This document shows, piece after piece, positions 40,593-55,266 of a DNA stretch of 64,000 bases. The position numbers were made by a program, and so were the translations under genes. The notes below the pieces were generated by a model that ran no database searches, was not told the origin of the DNA, and was given only the letters and a program-made list of their open reading frames with translations. Each line of letters opens with the position of its first letter. Positions within the stretch are counted from its first letter, which is position 1. Source of the stretch: Eledone cirrhosa (taxonomy: Eukaryota); assembly GCA_964016885.1 (NCBI GenBank), contig OZ024747.1, positions 71,796,001 through 71,860,000 of the forward strand. Direction: 5' to 3'.

Positions 40593-43500
40593 AATGTTTG
40601 GTGTGTATGCGGTTATTCACATGTAACTCTTCGCAGTTGCATATACTTTGATATACAATAAACATTAATAATACTTATGTTTTTAAATGTGCATTTCACT
40701 AAGTCGCATTTGCATTATCAGCGTCTACTACACTGTGTAATAATATATCAGCATCTATGATTTACTATATATAGCCCTATGTTTTTCTAACAAACCTTCT
40801 TACCCAAAACCTTTTTCTGTTGCAAAATCTAATGTTTTTACTTGATTTATTTTTGCATTTTTAATTACCCTACTTTTATTTATTGTGAACCTACAATTGA
40901 AGGAATAATATACAAATTTATTTACAAAGTTGGCTTAAAACCATTGGTGATTACATAAATATGAAAAAGAACGATTAAAACAAAATTAAGTAATGAGAAA
41001 AATGGGAAGAGGTAAAGAAAGGCAGATCTGGCTGTATGGGAAAGTAGAGGAAAGGACTATAAATGCCATAAATGAGAGGAACGAAGTGAAAAAAAAACAA
41101 GGACACTTGGGCCCACCAAGAAAGGAAGGGGGAAGGGGGGCTGATGAGCTTTGTGCCTAGGGCGGGGCGGTGTTTTGACTGTACCCAGCGGACAAGACTA
41201 TGCAGGTATATATATATATATATATAGTACTAAAAAAAAATTGAGTGAGAAGACCCGCATATTTGATGACACCTCATAACAAAGGCTGCTGAAGCCTCCC
41301 TGTAATAATTCTTTAAGCAGGCTAACAAACTGGTAGCGCTGCCGCAGGTGATAGCGAGGCTTAGATGCTAGAATAACTAAGTACCCTCGCGGGCATCACC
41401 AGATACCTAGGTAAGTTGAACAACCAGCAATGACAAGAATTCCGTTGTCAGCTCAAGTCCCAATGTATCAAACGTCATTGGTTGGGAAAATAGTTTTCCG
41501 ATAATCCCTGGTGCTTTAGAATTCTATTCAATTCGATTATAGATGCAGTGAACTTTCACCTTCACCGCAGAATCCAGTATGTGAGAAGAGACAAAAGAAT
41601 CGCTAAGTCTAGCGTCTCAAATGAGACATTTGCCTCTTACACAGGTGCAAAAGGTAAGACCAGGTATGTGCAACATATTCCATTGGCGGACCACTTTTGA
41701 ATATTGGAACAACTATTAGGGCCAGTCACTATCAAACATATGTAACCTAATGAAAACCAGTGAATTGAGGCATAAATACATTGTGAATGCATTTTTAAAC
41801 AATAAAGACAAATAAAATATAATTTAGTTTTATTAATGTGAGACTTGCTATTTGGTGTTTTTGCACATTTATCAATGTCTGGTTACGAAAAAATTCTAAA
41901 TAAGCCTACAAGGTAAAAATTAAAAGCGATCATCGCGGGCCACTCTGATTGGTCTGGCGGGCAGTATTGTGGCCCGCGAGGCGCCTGGGTAAGACCATCT
42001 AGTTTCTTCCTATCAACACTGGACAAGTCAACTGGGGAGCGACCAACATTCAGGTGGTATAATAACGCATGAAAGCTTGTGGAATCAAGGGGTCTGCTGC
42101 ATCGACATTTCAGTCGCCCCCCCCCCCCCCCCCCTCAGACTTCGTGTCCAACTGCGATGAAGATGTGGAGCTCATCCAGACTGACTTTTCCATCGATGTT
42201 GACCACGGACAGAACATCAAGCCAGTGCCTCGAGATTTGGCACTCGCGGAAAGTAGGCGGCTCCTTCAGAATTGACCAAATTGAAAAGTTAAAAATATCT
42301 CACAGACGTAAATTGTCCCAGTGTCTCTGCTTCAGTATGTTCTGCACCAGGTAATGAAATCCATACTTGATGTTTTTTTTTCCTTTAAATATTGATGTGT
42401 TGCCCGACCTTCTCAGAAACTATTAGCCCTTTTTCCAATAATCACACCTTGTTTATATCAAGACCCCTTCTTCTTCTTCTTCGCCCACTTATTTGATTAT
42501 AGCATTGATGCGGGTTATAATGAAGTTATGCACTTGTAGCTGGTTTTTGCAATCATAAAATTAATACGATCGATAGACAACCATATGTTTTTAATATAAA
42601 CATTTAAACATTTTAAAATTGAAAAGCCTATTTATATTTAGTACAAAATAATGGTTTCTGATTTAGGCACAAGGCCAACAACTTGGGGGGGGGGATTAAA
42701 TCGACCCAGTGCGTTACTGGTACTTTAATGAAAGGCAAAGCTAACCTCGATGGGATTTGAACTTTGAACGTAAAGGGGAGTAACTATATGCCTCAATATT
42801 TTTTGAGGGGTAGAGGAAAGTCGGTTAAATCGGCCCCAGTGTGTTAGTGGTGCTTTATTTTATCGACCCTGTAAGGATGAAAGGCAAAGTTGACATTAGC
42901 GGGATATGAACTCAGAAACAACTGCCCAACGCTCTAACAATTTTGTCAATCCACCGCCCTATCATTTAGTACAAAATAATGAAAGAGTTTGCAGTAGTAA
43001 ATTATGTGAAGAGTTTGAAAACCATAAAGACCAGCTGGAAATGCACTGTTTAAGGATGATACCATGAACATACTCTTCAATATTCGTCATTCGCGAGTTG
43101 GAATGACTCTTCCGACACGTCTCCGTCACCATCCTCCGGAGAAAAACCTTCTCTATTCTGTTCGCCGGGGGTGCGGGGACCCAAATTGCTCATACTAGTG
43201 AGAATTGTGGAGAGCGGGAAAGACAGAGGCAGTGACAGTTGGAGTTTGGTTCCTTTGTGTTCGGACCTGGTGTACATGTATATATTTATTTACCGCACCA
43301 CACCAACTATAACATACTGACCACTTACACCAAAAAGATACTAAAAAAGAAACTTCAATCATCCGTGATTATATCAGTACAGATCAAAAGTATTAGGGGT
43401 ATAAGTGATCGCTCTGGACTTGCAAAAAGAATTCTATAAAAGTACCTTTGTTACCCCCACTTAAAATACCCTCTTGAAATAACTGCTGTCAAAACTATCT

Positions 43501-44077
43501 TCGGAAAATACACCGGAAAGGGAACTCTACATATGTACAAAAATAAATAAAAATTGTAGATTATAAATAAAATGAATAAACAGATCCATTGAACTTACCA
43601 CAAGTAAATGACAAGCAGTTCTATAGATACAGAAAAAAGGGATTGCATGCTACTGGTACAATGTAATCCAGTTCAGTATGCTTCGTGGTCGAATAGTCGG
43701 CGACTAGACCGGCTCCCCACTAGACCCTAGTCTGTTTAGGTGGGTAAGTGGAACCCCAGCAGCACAAGAGATGTTAAAAGGATGAATGAACTCCCCAGAG
43801 TCAACCGCCATCTTCCCAATTATGGGTTAATAGCTTTACCAACTCGCATTTGGTCATACGTGGTGAGTACAGCTACACCCATGACATAACAAAAACAAAA
43901 GAGGAAGCGGTGGAGGTCAACCAGGGAGGGGTTCCTCCAACACGAGTGAGAAGGCTCTGGATTGGATTGCAATCCATTCTCCAGCAGTGAAGAAATATTC
44001 CAAGAAGACTTCCTTACACCTTTTCTGCCTGGCACTAACACTTCAAATGACTGGTCTCAGACAAACACCATGAATTC

Positions 44078-44222
<145 letters not shown>

Positions 44223-45630
44223 GCGTGTATATACCAATTACAGGAAATATCACTATTAGGCAGGTACGACACACATATAACGTAATTAATTCTCAATACA
44301 GTAGAAAGGGAAAGCAAAAAAAAAAAAAAACACTGCCTTCCTCGGTCCCCGCATTGTTAATTTATTTCCTCTATAAAGTCGGAAAGAGAGCGGCCATTTC
44401 GGGAAGGAGCTCCGTGAGATGGGTTGGCTGTTGCAGCAGGTGTCTCTGGCCATTCTCCGCAGTAACACCTTTACCATTTTACCCATGGGGCGCCTGAGGC
44501 ACTGTCCCTCCCCCTCTTTCTTTCTTTCGTTGTTTGATCCGATTTTCTTTTTCTACTTTTTGTTTCCTTTTTTCCTTTTGTTTTGTTCCATTTAATAGTG
44601 CTTTGTTTTTATTAGATACTGGTTAGAGTTCAAATCCCACCGAGGTTAACTGTGCCTTTCATCCCTACGGGGTCGATAAAATAAAGTACCAGTCACGTAT
44701 ATACACACACACACACACAAATAATTGTGTCATCATATTTTCCATATAGGCACTTAAAGATAGACGCTAAAAGCAAAAACAAAAACAAAAAATCACACCA
44801 CTCACAAAGAGTGGAGATGTTACATTAAGCAGCATTTACTGAAGGTTAAGTCTTCATTGCTATTCGTAGTCATCAACTAAGGAATCGAAGGATTGCAACT
44901 CACTGATATGGCTGATAGTTAAAGATCTATATTAAGGGCCATAAGATTGTTTGGCAAGTGCCTACACTTCCAAACATCTTCTGACACTCAACATTCTTGT
45001 AGTTGGTAGATGAATGAGAAAGGAAAGACATTTACTTTATAAACGAAATAAGAGTACTTTTAAAAACTAGGAGTTAGGTTTTGCTGTAGGTAGAACTTTC
45101 TTTCTTCACTATGTTTTCTTCTGTGGACCTCCGTTATCTGCTTGTTACACAATTTAGGATTTAAATTCAATTTCACTCATACCCAAGGGGTATGTCCCTC
45201 CTCCCCAATAATTATATTTTTCTCCCCAAACTACCAAAACACACATCTATTTGTATATGCGCTACAATTTATGTACAAGTTATGTTTATCTCATATCGAA
45301 GTGTTTTTTTTATATCCTGGTTGATATTTGATAACAACTAAACTAATCACTACAAGTAAATTGACCAAATTTGCCCCCACCCCCCAATACAGAAACGCTT
45401 CCAGCGCCCCTGATACCTTTTGCAATATTTAGCTCTACGATCCTTGCTGGTTACAAGAAGATTTCAATTTAAATTCGGTAATTCTATTCTCGTAATTTGT
45501 GTCTCATAATTATAATATTCCGAAGGGAAGAATAAAATAAGATGGAGAAAAGATTTTTAGACTTCGAAAGACATCAAAATAAATAGATATCTAAAAGTTA
45601 AGAAACGAAAGCATGTGTAGATAAGGAGAT

Positions 45631-45950
45631 TCTTCTTCTTCCTCGCTTACTTATTCCTGGGAAGGTCGTTGGGACAGAACCCTCAAGTACTCCTTCCAGC
45701 GATTCCTATCAGAAGTAACCGTCTCCAGTTGATCCATCTGAATCCCCAAGCCAAACCAACTGAGTTCATAAATGTTATCCAACCATCTTGTTCGGGGTCT
45801 ACCCCTGGGTCGCCTGCCGGTTGGTTTTTGCCCGAAAAATCTGTCCAGCAATTCTTTCTTAGACATTCTAACCATTTGATGGAGTACGGAGCTCGGAGAA
45901 AAGAGAGTCGCTGTAGATAGAGCCGCTACTTCTCTGAATTGAGAGATAAG
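45631..45950 (-). mobile_element. RTE LINE 3' fragment with (GAA)n tail
   Basis: KPTGRRPRGRPRTRWLDNI; same family as 2202-2480. Confidence 0.85.
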
Positions 45951-48709
45951 GAGGCTCTATCTGCAAAATTACATTGAGGATAAATACCTTTCGAAATGTG
46001 TCTGTAGATGAGGAGCAAGCCTTTAAAATGTCTCAACTGAATATTCATATAAAATACGAATGTGCCCGTTCTCGCTCGCTTTACAAAACAAACTTTCCCC
46101 CAAATCTAGCTAAGCACACTTTATAGATATCCGAGAAAACTATATCTATTTCTATCTCCTTGCACATGTGTAAGATTTCATATTTGTAGGCGCTCTCATC
46201 TTTACTCCTCTGTAGAAATATGTCTTGTCCGTATTACCCTCATGCTAAACAACGGCTAATCGTTGTGAATACCAAATCCCCTTTTAAATAACATTCTCAC
46301 AAGGATTGTTGAAAATGATTGCATGCGTGATTTATACAATCTAATGGGAAATTAATATATATTGTAGTTGGGAATTGCAACACGTGAAAATCATGAAAAT
46401 TGTTCTCCAACACACAGAAACACATATACATGGGCGTAAATGGATTCACACATACATTAAAACTTATGCTAATTTCATCGAAACCTCTCAAAATTATTAT
46501 CATTTACATTTCACAAACTACACACTCGAAAAGGATTTATGTAAAACAAAATTTCTGGTGTAGCCAACTTTGGAGCGATTATAAATGCGTTTGGAAGTTC
46601 CTTTCACTACAGCACTCTGGCAGCTGTGATATCTGAAATCAATGCTGGAAAGATTAATCCCGACTAAGCTTAACAAACAAGCTGGAGACGCCACTAATCC
46701 TTAAATACTTTTCAATTGATTGGTAATTAAGTAAATACTGAACAGTTTACTGTTAACAGATAAACGCAGATTGGAAAATATATTTTCTTAATCAATACCC
46801 ATACAGCTAGTATTTTATAACCATTTCCGAAGATCCCAAAATAATGTGATTCTCTACATGACAACCAAGTTAATAATGTCATAAGTCTGAGAGCAATAAA
46901 ATATCCCCTTTTCCACAGAAAATATTTTCTTCTATAATTATATCTTTGTTCGTGTATAGGGAGATTGTTTTTATTTTTTATTATTATTATTATTTTTTTT
47001 TTTTTTTTGTCAACTTAAAAGGAAGATGCTAAATAAGTAGATTAGAAAAGGAGTTAAGATTAAGAGAAGTCGAATGTTGACGGCGCTATACACGAAAGCT
47101 AAATTGTTCGTGCTAAAGTGCTTATTCAAAGATACAACGATATGAAATCTATTCGATGGACATGTATAAGATAAGTGCAATGGTCTAACAAAGCTGCTAT
47201 TAGAATATCGTTATTAGTTGTGACTCGAATTCCTTAACTATACAAATACGCCTATATTAAACGATATATATTTTATATACATTATACACGCATTAAACAA
47301 TATAAATTGCCCGGATTGCCCATTTATCACTGTAAACTTGTTTTTATTTTATTTTTTTATAGAAATTGTTTATTTTTTTATATTTCACTGGTTTCAGGAA
47401 ATAGAATGCGGCCATGCTGGGACATCAGATTAAAAAGATTTAGTCGATCATTTGGACCGCAGTATTTATTTTATCTATCTCTTTTCTGTTGAACTGCTAA
47501 GTTATGGGACTAGATAAATAAGTGAAAACACAAGGACGAACACAGATGCATACACACGCCCATATACATACATACATACATACATACATACATACATACA
47601 TACATACAATTTGCAAAAGATTCTTGCGATTCAAGGGATGACAATTTCTTTTCTTTTACAACCTTGCCACCAGGAAGGTGGCCGGCCAAAATGATATACT
47701 CGAAATTAAGAGAAAGAGATAACATACATACATTATACATACATACATGATGGCTGCCCCCTCGTTATCGAGTATGGGCATTGCACGATATAACATTATT
47801 AATAATTATTAATTAATTCTATCGTGCAATGCCTGTGTGTGAAGCTTCTTTTTAAAGTGAGGAAAGACTGTGCACTGAGCCAATCCCACTCTCTGAGCGA
47901 CAGTGGCTATAACCCGAAAAGAAGAAAAGATCAACATCATCGGTAACTACTGAGCCTTTGTCAGGGCATTCTTCTAGGAGAAGACAACTCAGGAAACTGG
48001 GATAACTCCGATATAAACATATATATATATACATACAGGCTGCCAACTCGTTTTCGAGTACGGCCACTACTTTATATCCATGTAGGAGAACCCTTGCCGA
48101 TGCGCTGAACGAGTGTGACTTTTTAGTCCAGCCAGCGACTTGAAAACTGGTACAAACACTACACTTGTGACAATTATTGACATTTAGTGCTGGGCCCATG
48201 GTACCATGTGACGACAAGTGCAGAGAGATCTCCAGATATAAAGCAATGCCTGTGCCGTGAAGCTTTTATAGTGAGCAAAGGCACTGCAGAAAGCCAGTCC
48301 CACTCTCTTAACCAAGACAATATTTACCAAAAAGAAGAACAAGTCAACATCATTGGATACCATCAGAGTTGCAGGTGTTATATCAGAGTTTTCCTTCTCC
48401 TAGAATTCTGCCTTGACAAAGGCTAAGGGGTCATCTCTCCCGGTGATTTTGGATGGCCATTGACTCTTAAGAGCTCCTTTGCCCTTTGACAGGTTTTGTT
48501 TTTAGTCCTGCAGGATGTCCAAAGTCACCCTCCTCACCAAGAAACCTTGGTGGGGTTGCCAGTTTAGTCGCCAACGACCCGACCATGGGACAGGTTGTAC
48601 TGGGATACATGTTACCAGTAGCACCAACTGGTGACCTGACATACTGACATACATACATACTGACATACATACATACATACATACATACATACATACATAC
48701 ATACATACA

Positions 48710-48743
<34 letters not shown>

Positions 48744-48959
48744 CATACATACATACAGACAGACTGACGTTTAGGCTACGAGCCTGTCAATGGCGAACTC
48801 AGTCCATAGGTATCAAGATATGACATGAATATAAGTAAAACCGTCAATTGCAAAAACGTGAACGTAAATACATTTGAACAAACCATAGCTATCCACGAAC
48901 TCAAGTAAATGAAATTTCATAAATCGTCATTTAATCCCATTCACCAGAAATATACCGCA

Positions 48960-50345
48960 TGAGAAAAATTAAAACTTATACACGTCCTTCAAAACCAAAT
49001 ACCAGTCCTCCAGGCCAAACAACAACCAGTCTGGTATGGGGCAACGGGAGTCACCAGGCTACAGCCGTCGTATTACGTAGTTTTTGTAGTACGACGCGCC
49101 TTCCACACAGTTTCTCTCGACTAAATTTCTTTCATAAAGCATTGGTAAATAGAGCTCAGAGGTTATCGTTTGCTGTTGTAGCGAAGTCTCTTTATCAACC
49201 AATGATCGCTTGCGCCTATCATTAATGTAGATACACCATTTTCATCACCAGTGACAATGGAATGTAACCAGTTGGTTGTGCGATGGTAGGAGAGCAGAGA
49301 AGTCGCAGCTGCCGCCCGACATTAACGATTACAGTCCAGCTTGGACACCTTCTCTATTGCATGCAAGTGATTGGGGGTGGTTGTTTTCGATGCCCCAAGT
49401 ACTTCGGGGAGTTGACGTGATGTCTGGCGTAGGTCAGATTCCACTAGCTCACGCAGTCGCTCATCATTGAAGTCGGATGGACGTCCTGTCCGAGATCAAT
49501 TTTCAATGCTGTATTCACCAGAACGGAAGCGTGAGTACCAGTCCAACAGAAATATACGAAATGCACATAGTGCACTTTTTATTTATGTGCGCATGCGCAA
49601 CCTTCAACATTTTCAGAAAGCTCTACCAAATTATCTCTTTTTGTCCCACCCATTTCTGTCCCACCCATTCAGTACGATAGCAGGGTTTGACACGACTGTC
49701 CCCTCGCTCCAGCTATCCTACCACAGTCAGAATCTCCAACATCTGATCACACAATCCGTGGAAAAACCCCAGCAACACACAAACACTTACACTATTTTCG
49801 CACCACGCCACCATACCACATATAAAAACACACACACACATGCGTATCCCCACATACACACACTCAACCTCCGGACTCCACACGCCCCCTCTCCCGACTC
49901 CTCTGACCTCTCTCCATCCACACGCACGCACACACTGACACACACCCCACCCGATGCACACACCGGTTTCCCTATTACCTGAACATGGAACCTCGTTTTT
50001 CCCCCAACTCTCACATTCACATCCACACACACACACACACACACACACGTACACCTACACATATACATACACACCTTCAGCCCTCCCCCCCCCCCCCGCT
50101 AGACACCTCCGCTCTCAATATCCCCCTCCACCCACCACCACCCCTACACGCCTCACACACTTTCACCACTTCTTTTTAATTTTAATTTTTTTTACTCTCC
50201 AAAGAAATTCCTTCCCCCCCCCCCCACCCACTTTTTTTAATTAATTTTTTTTAATGTCTTTCCACCACTCCCCCACACACACTCGGAACTCTCTTCCTGC
50301 CCACTTTTCTTCTGATGAAGTGCTTATGCCCGAAACGTCGTCCTC
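48960..50345 (+). mobile_element. Highly decayed Penelope-like 3' region ending in a hammerhead-like core
   Basis: KALVNRAQRL and VPSLQLSYHSQNL resemble PLE post-RT motifs; C-rich tract followed by CTGATGAAGTGCTTATGCCCGAAACGTC at 50312-50339. Confidence 0.45.
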
Positions 50346-50643
50346 CTCCCCCCCCCCCCCCCCCCACTCTCAAGCATGAAACTAATAACGATTTCTAGTA
50401 TAGGCACAAGGCCAGTAATTTTTGGGGAGGGGAAAGTCGATTAAATCGACCCCAGTGCGTGACTGGTACTTTATTTTATCAACCCCGTACTACCGATACT
50501 GCCAATTCACCGCCCTGCGCGAAATTAATAACATTTGTACTGACTCTTCGCTTCCACATCTTTTTTTGTTTTCTGTGTACTGTTGCAATATATATATATA
50601 TATATATATATAAGTAGTAACACAACAGTTAGTTCACCATACC

Positions 50644-50680
50644 GAGAACAATTGTTTCACTTTATGCGGATCCTCAGCTC
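50644..50680 (-). ncRNA. Minimal type I hammerhead ribozyme candidate
   Basis: Minus strand reads GAG-CTGAGGA-tccgcataaagt-GAAA-CAATTG-TT-CTC: helix I GAG/CTC, palindromic helix III, weak helix II. Confidence 0.6.
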
Positions 50681-50831
50681 ATATATATATATATAGTGGG
50701 GGGTTGGACAAAAAGTTCATACATACACATACACATACACACACACATATATATACATATACATACATATACATACACATATAAATATATACATACATGC
50801 AAATACACAGACATATACATTATATATATAT

Positions 50832-51112
50832 CTAAACGTCTAAAGTCTGTCTTAAGCCAGAAGGCTCATTTGGCCGGTGCTTATCCCGGTTTCATGGCGT
50901 GAAGCGACTGAGAGTACAAGAATCCCCCTGGACAGGACGCCAGTCCATCGCAGGGTTAAACCCCCAGCTATTGCTGGTACTTATTTTCAGCTGAGTATAC
51001 TGGAGCAACGTGAAATGAAATGTTTTGCAGAGCACAACACGCAACCCAGGAATCGAACCCATGACATTATGATCGTAAGTCCAACACCCTTACCACCAGG
51101 CCATATGCCTCC
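50832..51112 (-). mobile_element. Full-length tRNA-derived SINE with Meta-domain-like body
   Basis: A box TGGCCTGGTGG, B box GGTTCGATTCC, body AACCCTGCGATGGACTGGCGTCCTGTCCAGGGGG...GTCGCTTCACGCC..GAAACCGGGATAAGC. Confidence 0.8.
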
Positions 51113-51115
51113 CCC

Positions 51116-51148
<33 letters not shown>

Positions 51149-51172
51149 GATATATATATATATATATATATC

Positions 51173-51317
<145 letters not shown>

Positions 51318-51331
51318 ATATATATGTGTGT

Positions 51332-51369
<38 letters not shown>

Positions 51370-51419
51370 ACACACAGACACACACACATATATATATATA
51401 TATATAAATTTATATATAA

Positions 51420-52110
51420 GTAAAAATTAGCGAGAATCGAATTTCACCCCATGAAATAACGAAAAAACACTTTCGAATTGTGAGGCAAGCGCTCAATAAT
51501 TCAACTGAATTAGAGCTTACAACTTACGTTAAAGGCCAAACACACTGAGATGGTGGTTAAACTAATTATCCACACAGCAAAGATTCGATCTCCCATTTCG
51601 GGTCAAACAGATATACAGATATAAAAATATATGAAAGCATAAATGTGTTATACTCACCGGACCCCTGGAATGATGGTAAAGTCCAGTGTTGGGGTTTCTG
51701 CGGCTCCGTAAGTCATTTACTGTCCACTTACATAAAGGATGTTAAGTTTCTCGTATCCTGACTGAACTAGGAGTGCGCGTTATCAACGGGATTCAGTTCT
51801 AAAGACCACATAGATGTGTCTGTAACTGACTCCACGTGGGGTTCAGCAAGGGAGGCAACACCTAAATTATATATATATATATATATTTATATATATAAAT
51901 TTGCGAGAATCGTATTTCGGCTATTGGCAATTAGCGAAAAACAACTTCCGTGATGTGTGGCAAGCGCTCAATAAATTCTAACGAACCAGAGCTACAACAT
52001 ACGTTAAAAGGCCAAACACGCTGAGACGATGGTTAAACCCTTATCCGCACAGCCTTAGAAACGACCAAGTAATTCGGGTCAAACAAATAAAAAAAATGTG
52101 ATTGAAAAAT

Positions 52111-52112
<2 letters not shown>
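51420..52112 (-). mobile_element. Two diverged copies of a (TA)n-associated element end (family 8), separated by (TA)n
   Basis: 51425-51610 aligns with 51897-52085 (GCGAGAATCG...GGCAAGCGCTCAATAA...GGCCAAACAC...TTCGGGTCAAACA). Confidence 0.7.
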
Positions 52113-52446
<334 letters not shown>

Positions 52447-52597
52447 GGATAACAAATTGTTGTTATAAGTAGTCCACTTAGATGTAGTCCAGTTAGCGTA
52501 CTCCGAGTAGTGGATAGTAGGATAGTACTAACGCTTGGTTAAGTTTGACTCAACAAGACGTTTCCATAGTGATGCTGCGAGTATGTATATATATATA

Positions 52598-52882
52598 TAA
52601 TCTTCAGGTTCATAATGTGTGGTGACAGTCAAGTTTGCAATTTTCAAGTTGAAAATTGCAAACTTGACTGTCACCACACATTATGAACCTGAAGATTGCG
52701 AAAGCATGAAAGTACTTATTCAATTAACACTTAACATTTAATATTCTATCATACTATTTCATTATAATACCATTATAAATTTTAAAGGATTGTAAATAAA
52801 ACGAGTAAATCAGACAAAGTTGGAATTCCTCTTATTAATATAATCTTCTATACACAATCATACACACCCGTGTATATTTATC
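52598..52882 (+). mobile_element. (TA)n-abutting fold-back element, family 3, containing a hammerhead
   Basis: Perfect 49-bp arms 52599-52647 / 52649-52697; body homologous to 15586-15746. Confidence 0.85.
52684..52722 (+). ncRNA. Minimal type I hammerhead ribozyme (PLE-type)
   Basis: TGAAC-CTGAAGA-T-TGC-GAAA-GCA-T-GAAA-GTAC-TT-ATTCA; the sister copy (reverse complement of 15553-15567) has GTTCA, which restores a perfect helix I. Confidence 0.75.
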
Positions 52883-52884
52883 TA

Positions 52885-53662
52885 GCCTGTTCGGTAGGAC
52901 TTTCGGCCCAGGACCAATGGACAACTTCCAGAAGTCACTGGCCTGGCAGTGCTACCGAGGGGCTCTACCCGTTCGAGAGAGGCTCTACAGACACGGGCGC
53001 CCGGGCAGGGATCCCTCAAAAAAGATTTGCCCTAGATGCGTGCGTCACGAAGAAACCGTGGCGCACGCATTGGTGCAATGTCCTGGCGTGGCTGATCTGT
53101 GGGGCTACGCCGAACAACTGCTGTCGCGGGTGGCGCCGATTAAATTGACCGCCGAGTCCGTGATGACAATCAAACCGCCTCCCCTCTTCACAAAGGAAGC
53201 AAAGGCGGTTTTTCTGTGCGTAATAGCCATGTTGAAAGAGGTTGTTTGGTGGACACGATTGAAAGGTCTGAGGTCAGGCAACTTCCTCTCTGGCCATAGT
53301 CTGGTCTACTTCTTCCGATATCACTTCGGAAGAAGGATAAGAATGGAGAGAGAGGTGCTTGGCCACAGGCAGTTTTATGAAAGGTGGGTGATAGTGGCGA
53401 GAATGGCTCGTGTAAATGGGCCTTCTCTGTATACCATCCTGTAGGTAAAGAAGTAAAGGAGAGGGGAGCACCTTCTCCATGTGCTCCCCGGGCAAAGGAT
53501 TGCACACTTTTTCGGGGGTGTGTGCAACCCCCATCACGTCCCCTCCCTTTTGAGGTTATTTTCGATGATTTTCATGTTACACCCTTTTTACTCGATTATA
53601 TGTAAACTCCCCCTTTGTATTTGTCCCTTCTTTTTATGCCTTTATGGTAAATAAAGAAATCT
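52885..53662 (+). mobile_element. Tx1/L1-like LINE 3' end: open 175-aa frame with CCHC zf-RVT-like domain, 3' UTR and AATAAA
   Basis: ORF 52917-53444 contains LAWQCYRGALPV...CPRC...EETVAHALVQC; ends AATAAAGAAATCTATC followed by (TA)n. Confidence 0.85.
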
Positions 53663-53663
53663 A

Positions 53664-53708
<45 letters not shown>

Positions 53709-54064
53709 ATACATATGTATGTGTGTGAGTGCACAAAGAAACATACATACATATTTATATATACATTAAACGATATATATCTTATGTATATTGTATATAA
53801 TCCCTTTCTGATTCCAATCGTAGAAATGCGGTCATGCTTTGGCGTCACTTTCAATATTTTCGACTATTATATCGACCTCAGTACATTTTCAGTCTGGTAC
53901 ATATTTATCGATCTCTGTTTGTTTAACTGCTAGCTTACGGGACATAGACGGTTTTAAAGCAATGTAAACAAAATCACAGACACAGATGCAAATACACTCA
54001 CACACACACAAACACATACACACAAAAAAAAAAAAACACACGCACACATACAAACACTCACACG

Positions 54065-54113
<49 letters not shown>

Positions 54114-55054
54114 GCGAAAATTAAACGGATAAACAACACAGCAAAATGATACAGGGCGATGAAGATTATATTAGTTTAACCCTTGATATAGTAGGAAATA
54201 ATCTTAAGCCTCCTCGCTCCGACAAGGCCAGACCTAGGAGGGGGGAATTGGTAACAAGTATTAACTAATACATATCATTTGGTTTACAGTCATGTACTTG
54301 TTACTCATGGATGGAGTAACCCATGCCTACATTTATTGCCGGATCTTGTGTCCAATTAAAGTGCGTCGAGTCTAATTTGATCCTGACCATAAAATGGATA
54401 GGAATGAGGTTAGGGTTGATAACCAAGATCTACTCTCTACCAAGATCTACTCTCTACTATGGTGTATTGCATCAGTTGGGGGTCCATCTTCCTGGACTTT
54501 CAAAAGAATCTTCGAATCCGATGATACTATTAAAGGCAATCAGCAACCTCTAAAATAAAACTTTGAAAATCTTTAGCCGTTATAGGCTTTAAATCATATC
54601 TTATTCTTCTCTACTTGCAGATTTCATCAGCAGCGTGGCCGTTCTTCGTCTAACAAAATTGGAATGCTACCAGTTCCAGTGTACGTCAACCAAGACAGGA
54701 TTAAACAAGATTGTCATGTTCGAATAGAATTCCTTGAGCAGACCATCCAATCCAGACCCGGCAATTCACACTTTGTGTCTAAGAGCATCCTTCTTAGAAC
54801 ACCTGTACATTTCAGGTGAGCGTGACTGGAAGATCGCACTCTTCTGCTTGGAATGTACACATGTCATTCTGATTCGTAAAAGAACTTGTAACTTTGTTAC
54901 CATATCATGTCTTTGCCAGCCCAGCCCATTAAACGCATTTCGTAACCTCATATCTTAACATTCCTCACATTTAGTCATGAAGAAATTGTCAATGGCTTTT
55001 CTAAATTTTTTGTAGCCTTTTCTACCAACCTATTTTATCCACACCCCCCTCCCC

Positions 55055-55088
<34 letters not shown>

Positions 55089-55205
55089 CTTTCTTCCTTT
55101 TTCTTTCCCTCTCTCTGGCTCTAATACAGTATACACTATTGCTACGCCAATACTAACTGATACTGTTTTAAGTTATTTATAACTGATCTCTTTTTATGTT
55201 TTCTC

Positions 55206-55266
<61 letters not shown>

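Noticed and set aside
52917-53444. Host zinc-finger gene
   Set aside because: The CCHC motif, truncated 5' end, AATAAA tail and decayed homolog at 33.2 kb indicate a LINE ORF2 C-terminus
54600-54960. Possible exon after the acceptor-like TTCTCTACTTGCAG
   Set aside because: No recognisable coding similarity and no clear donor; cannot be supported without transcript data
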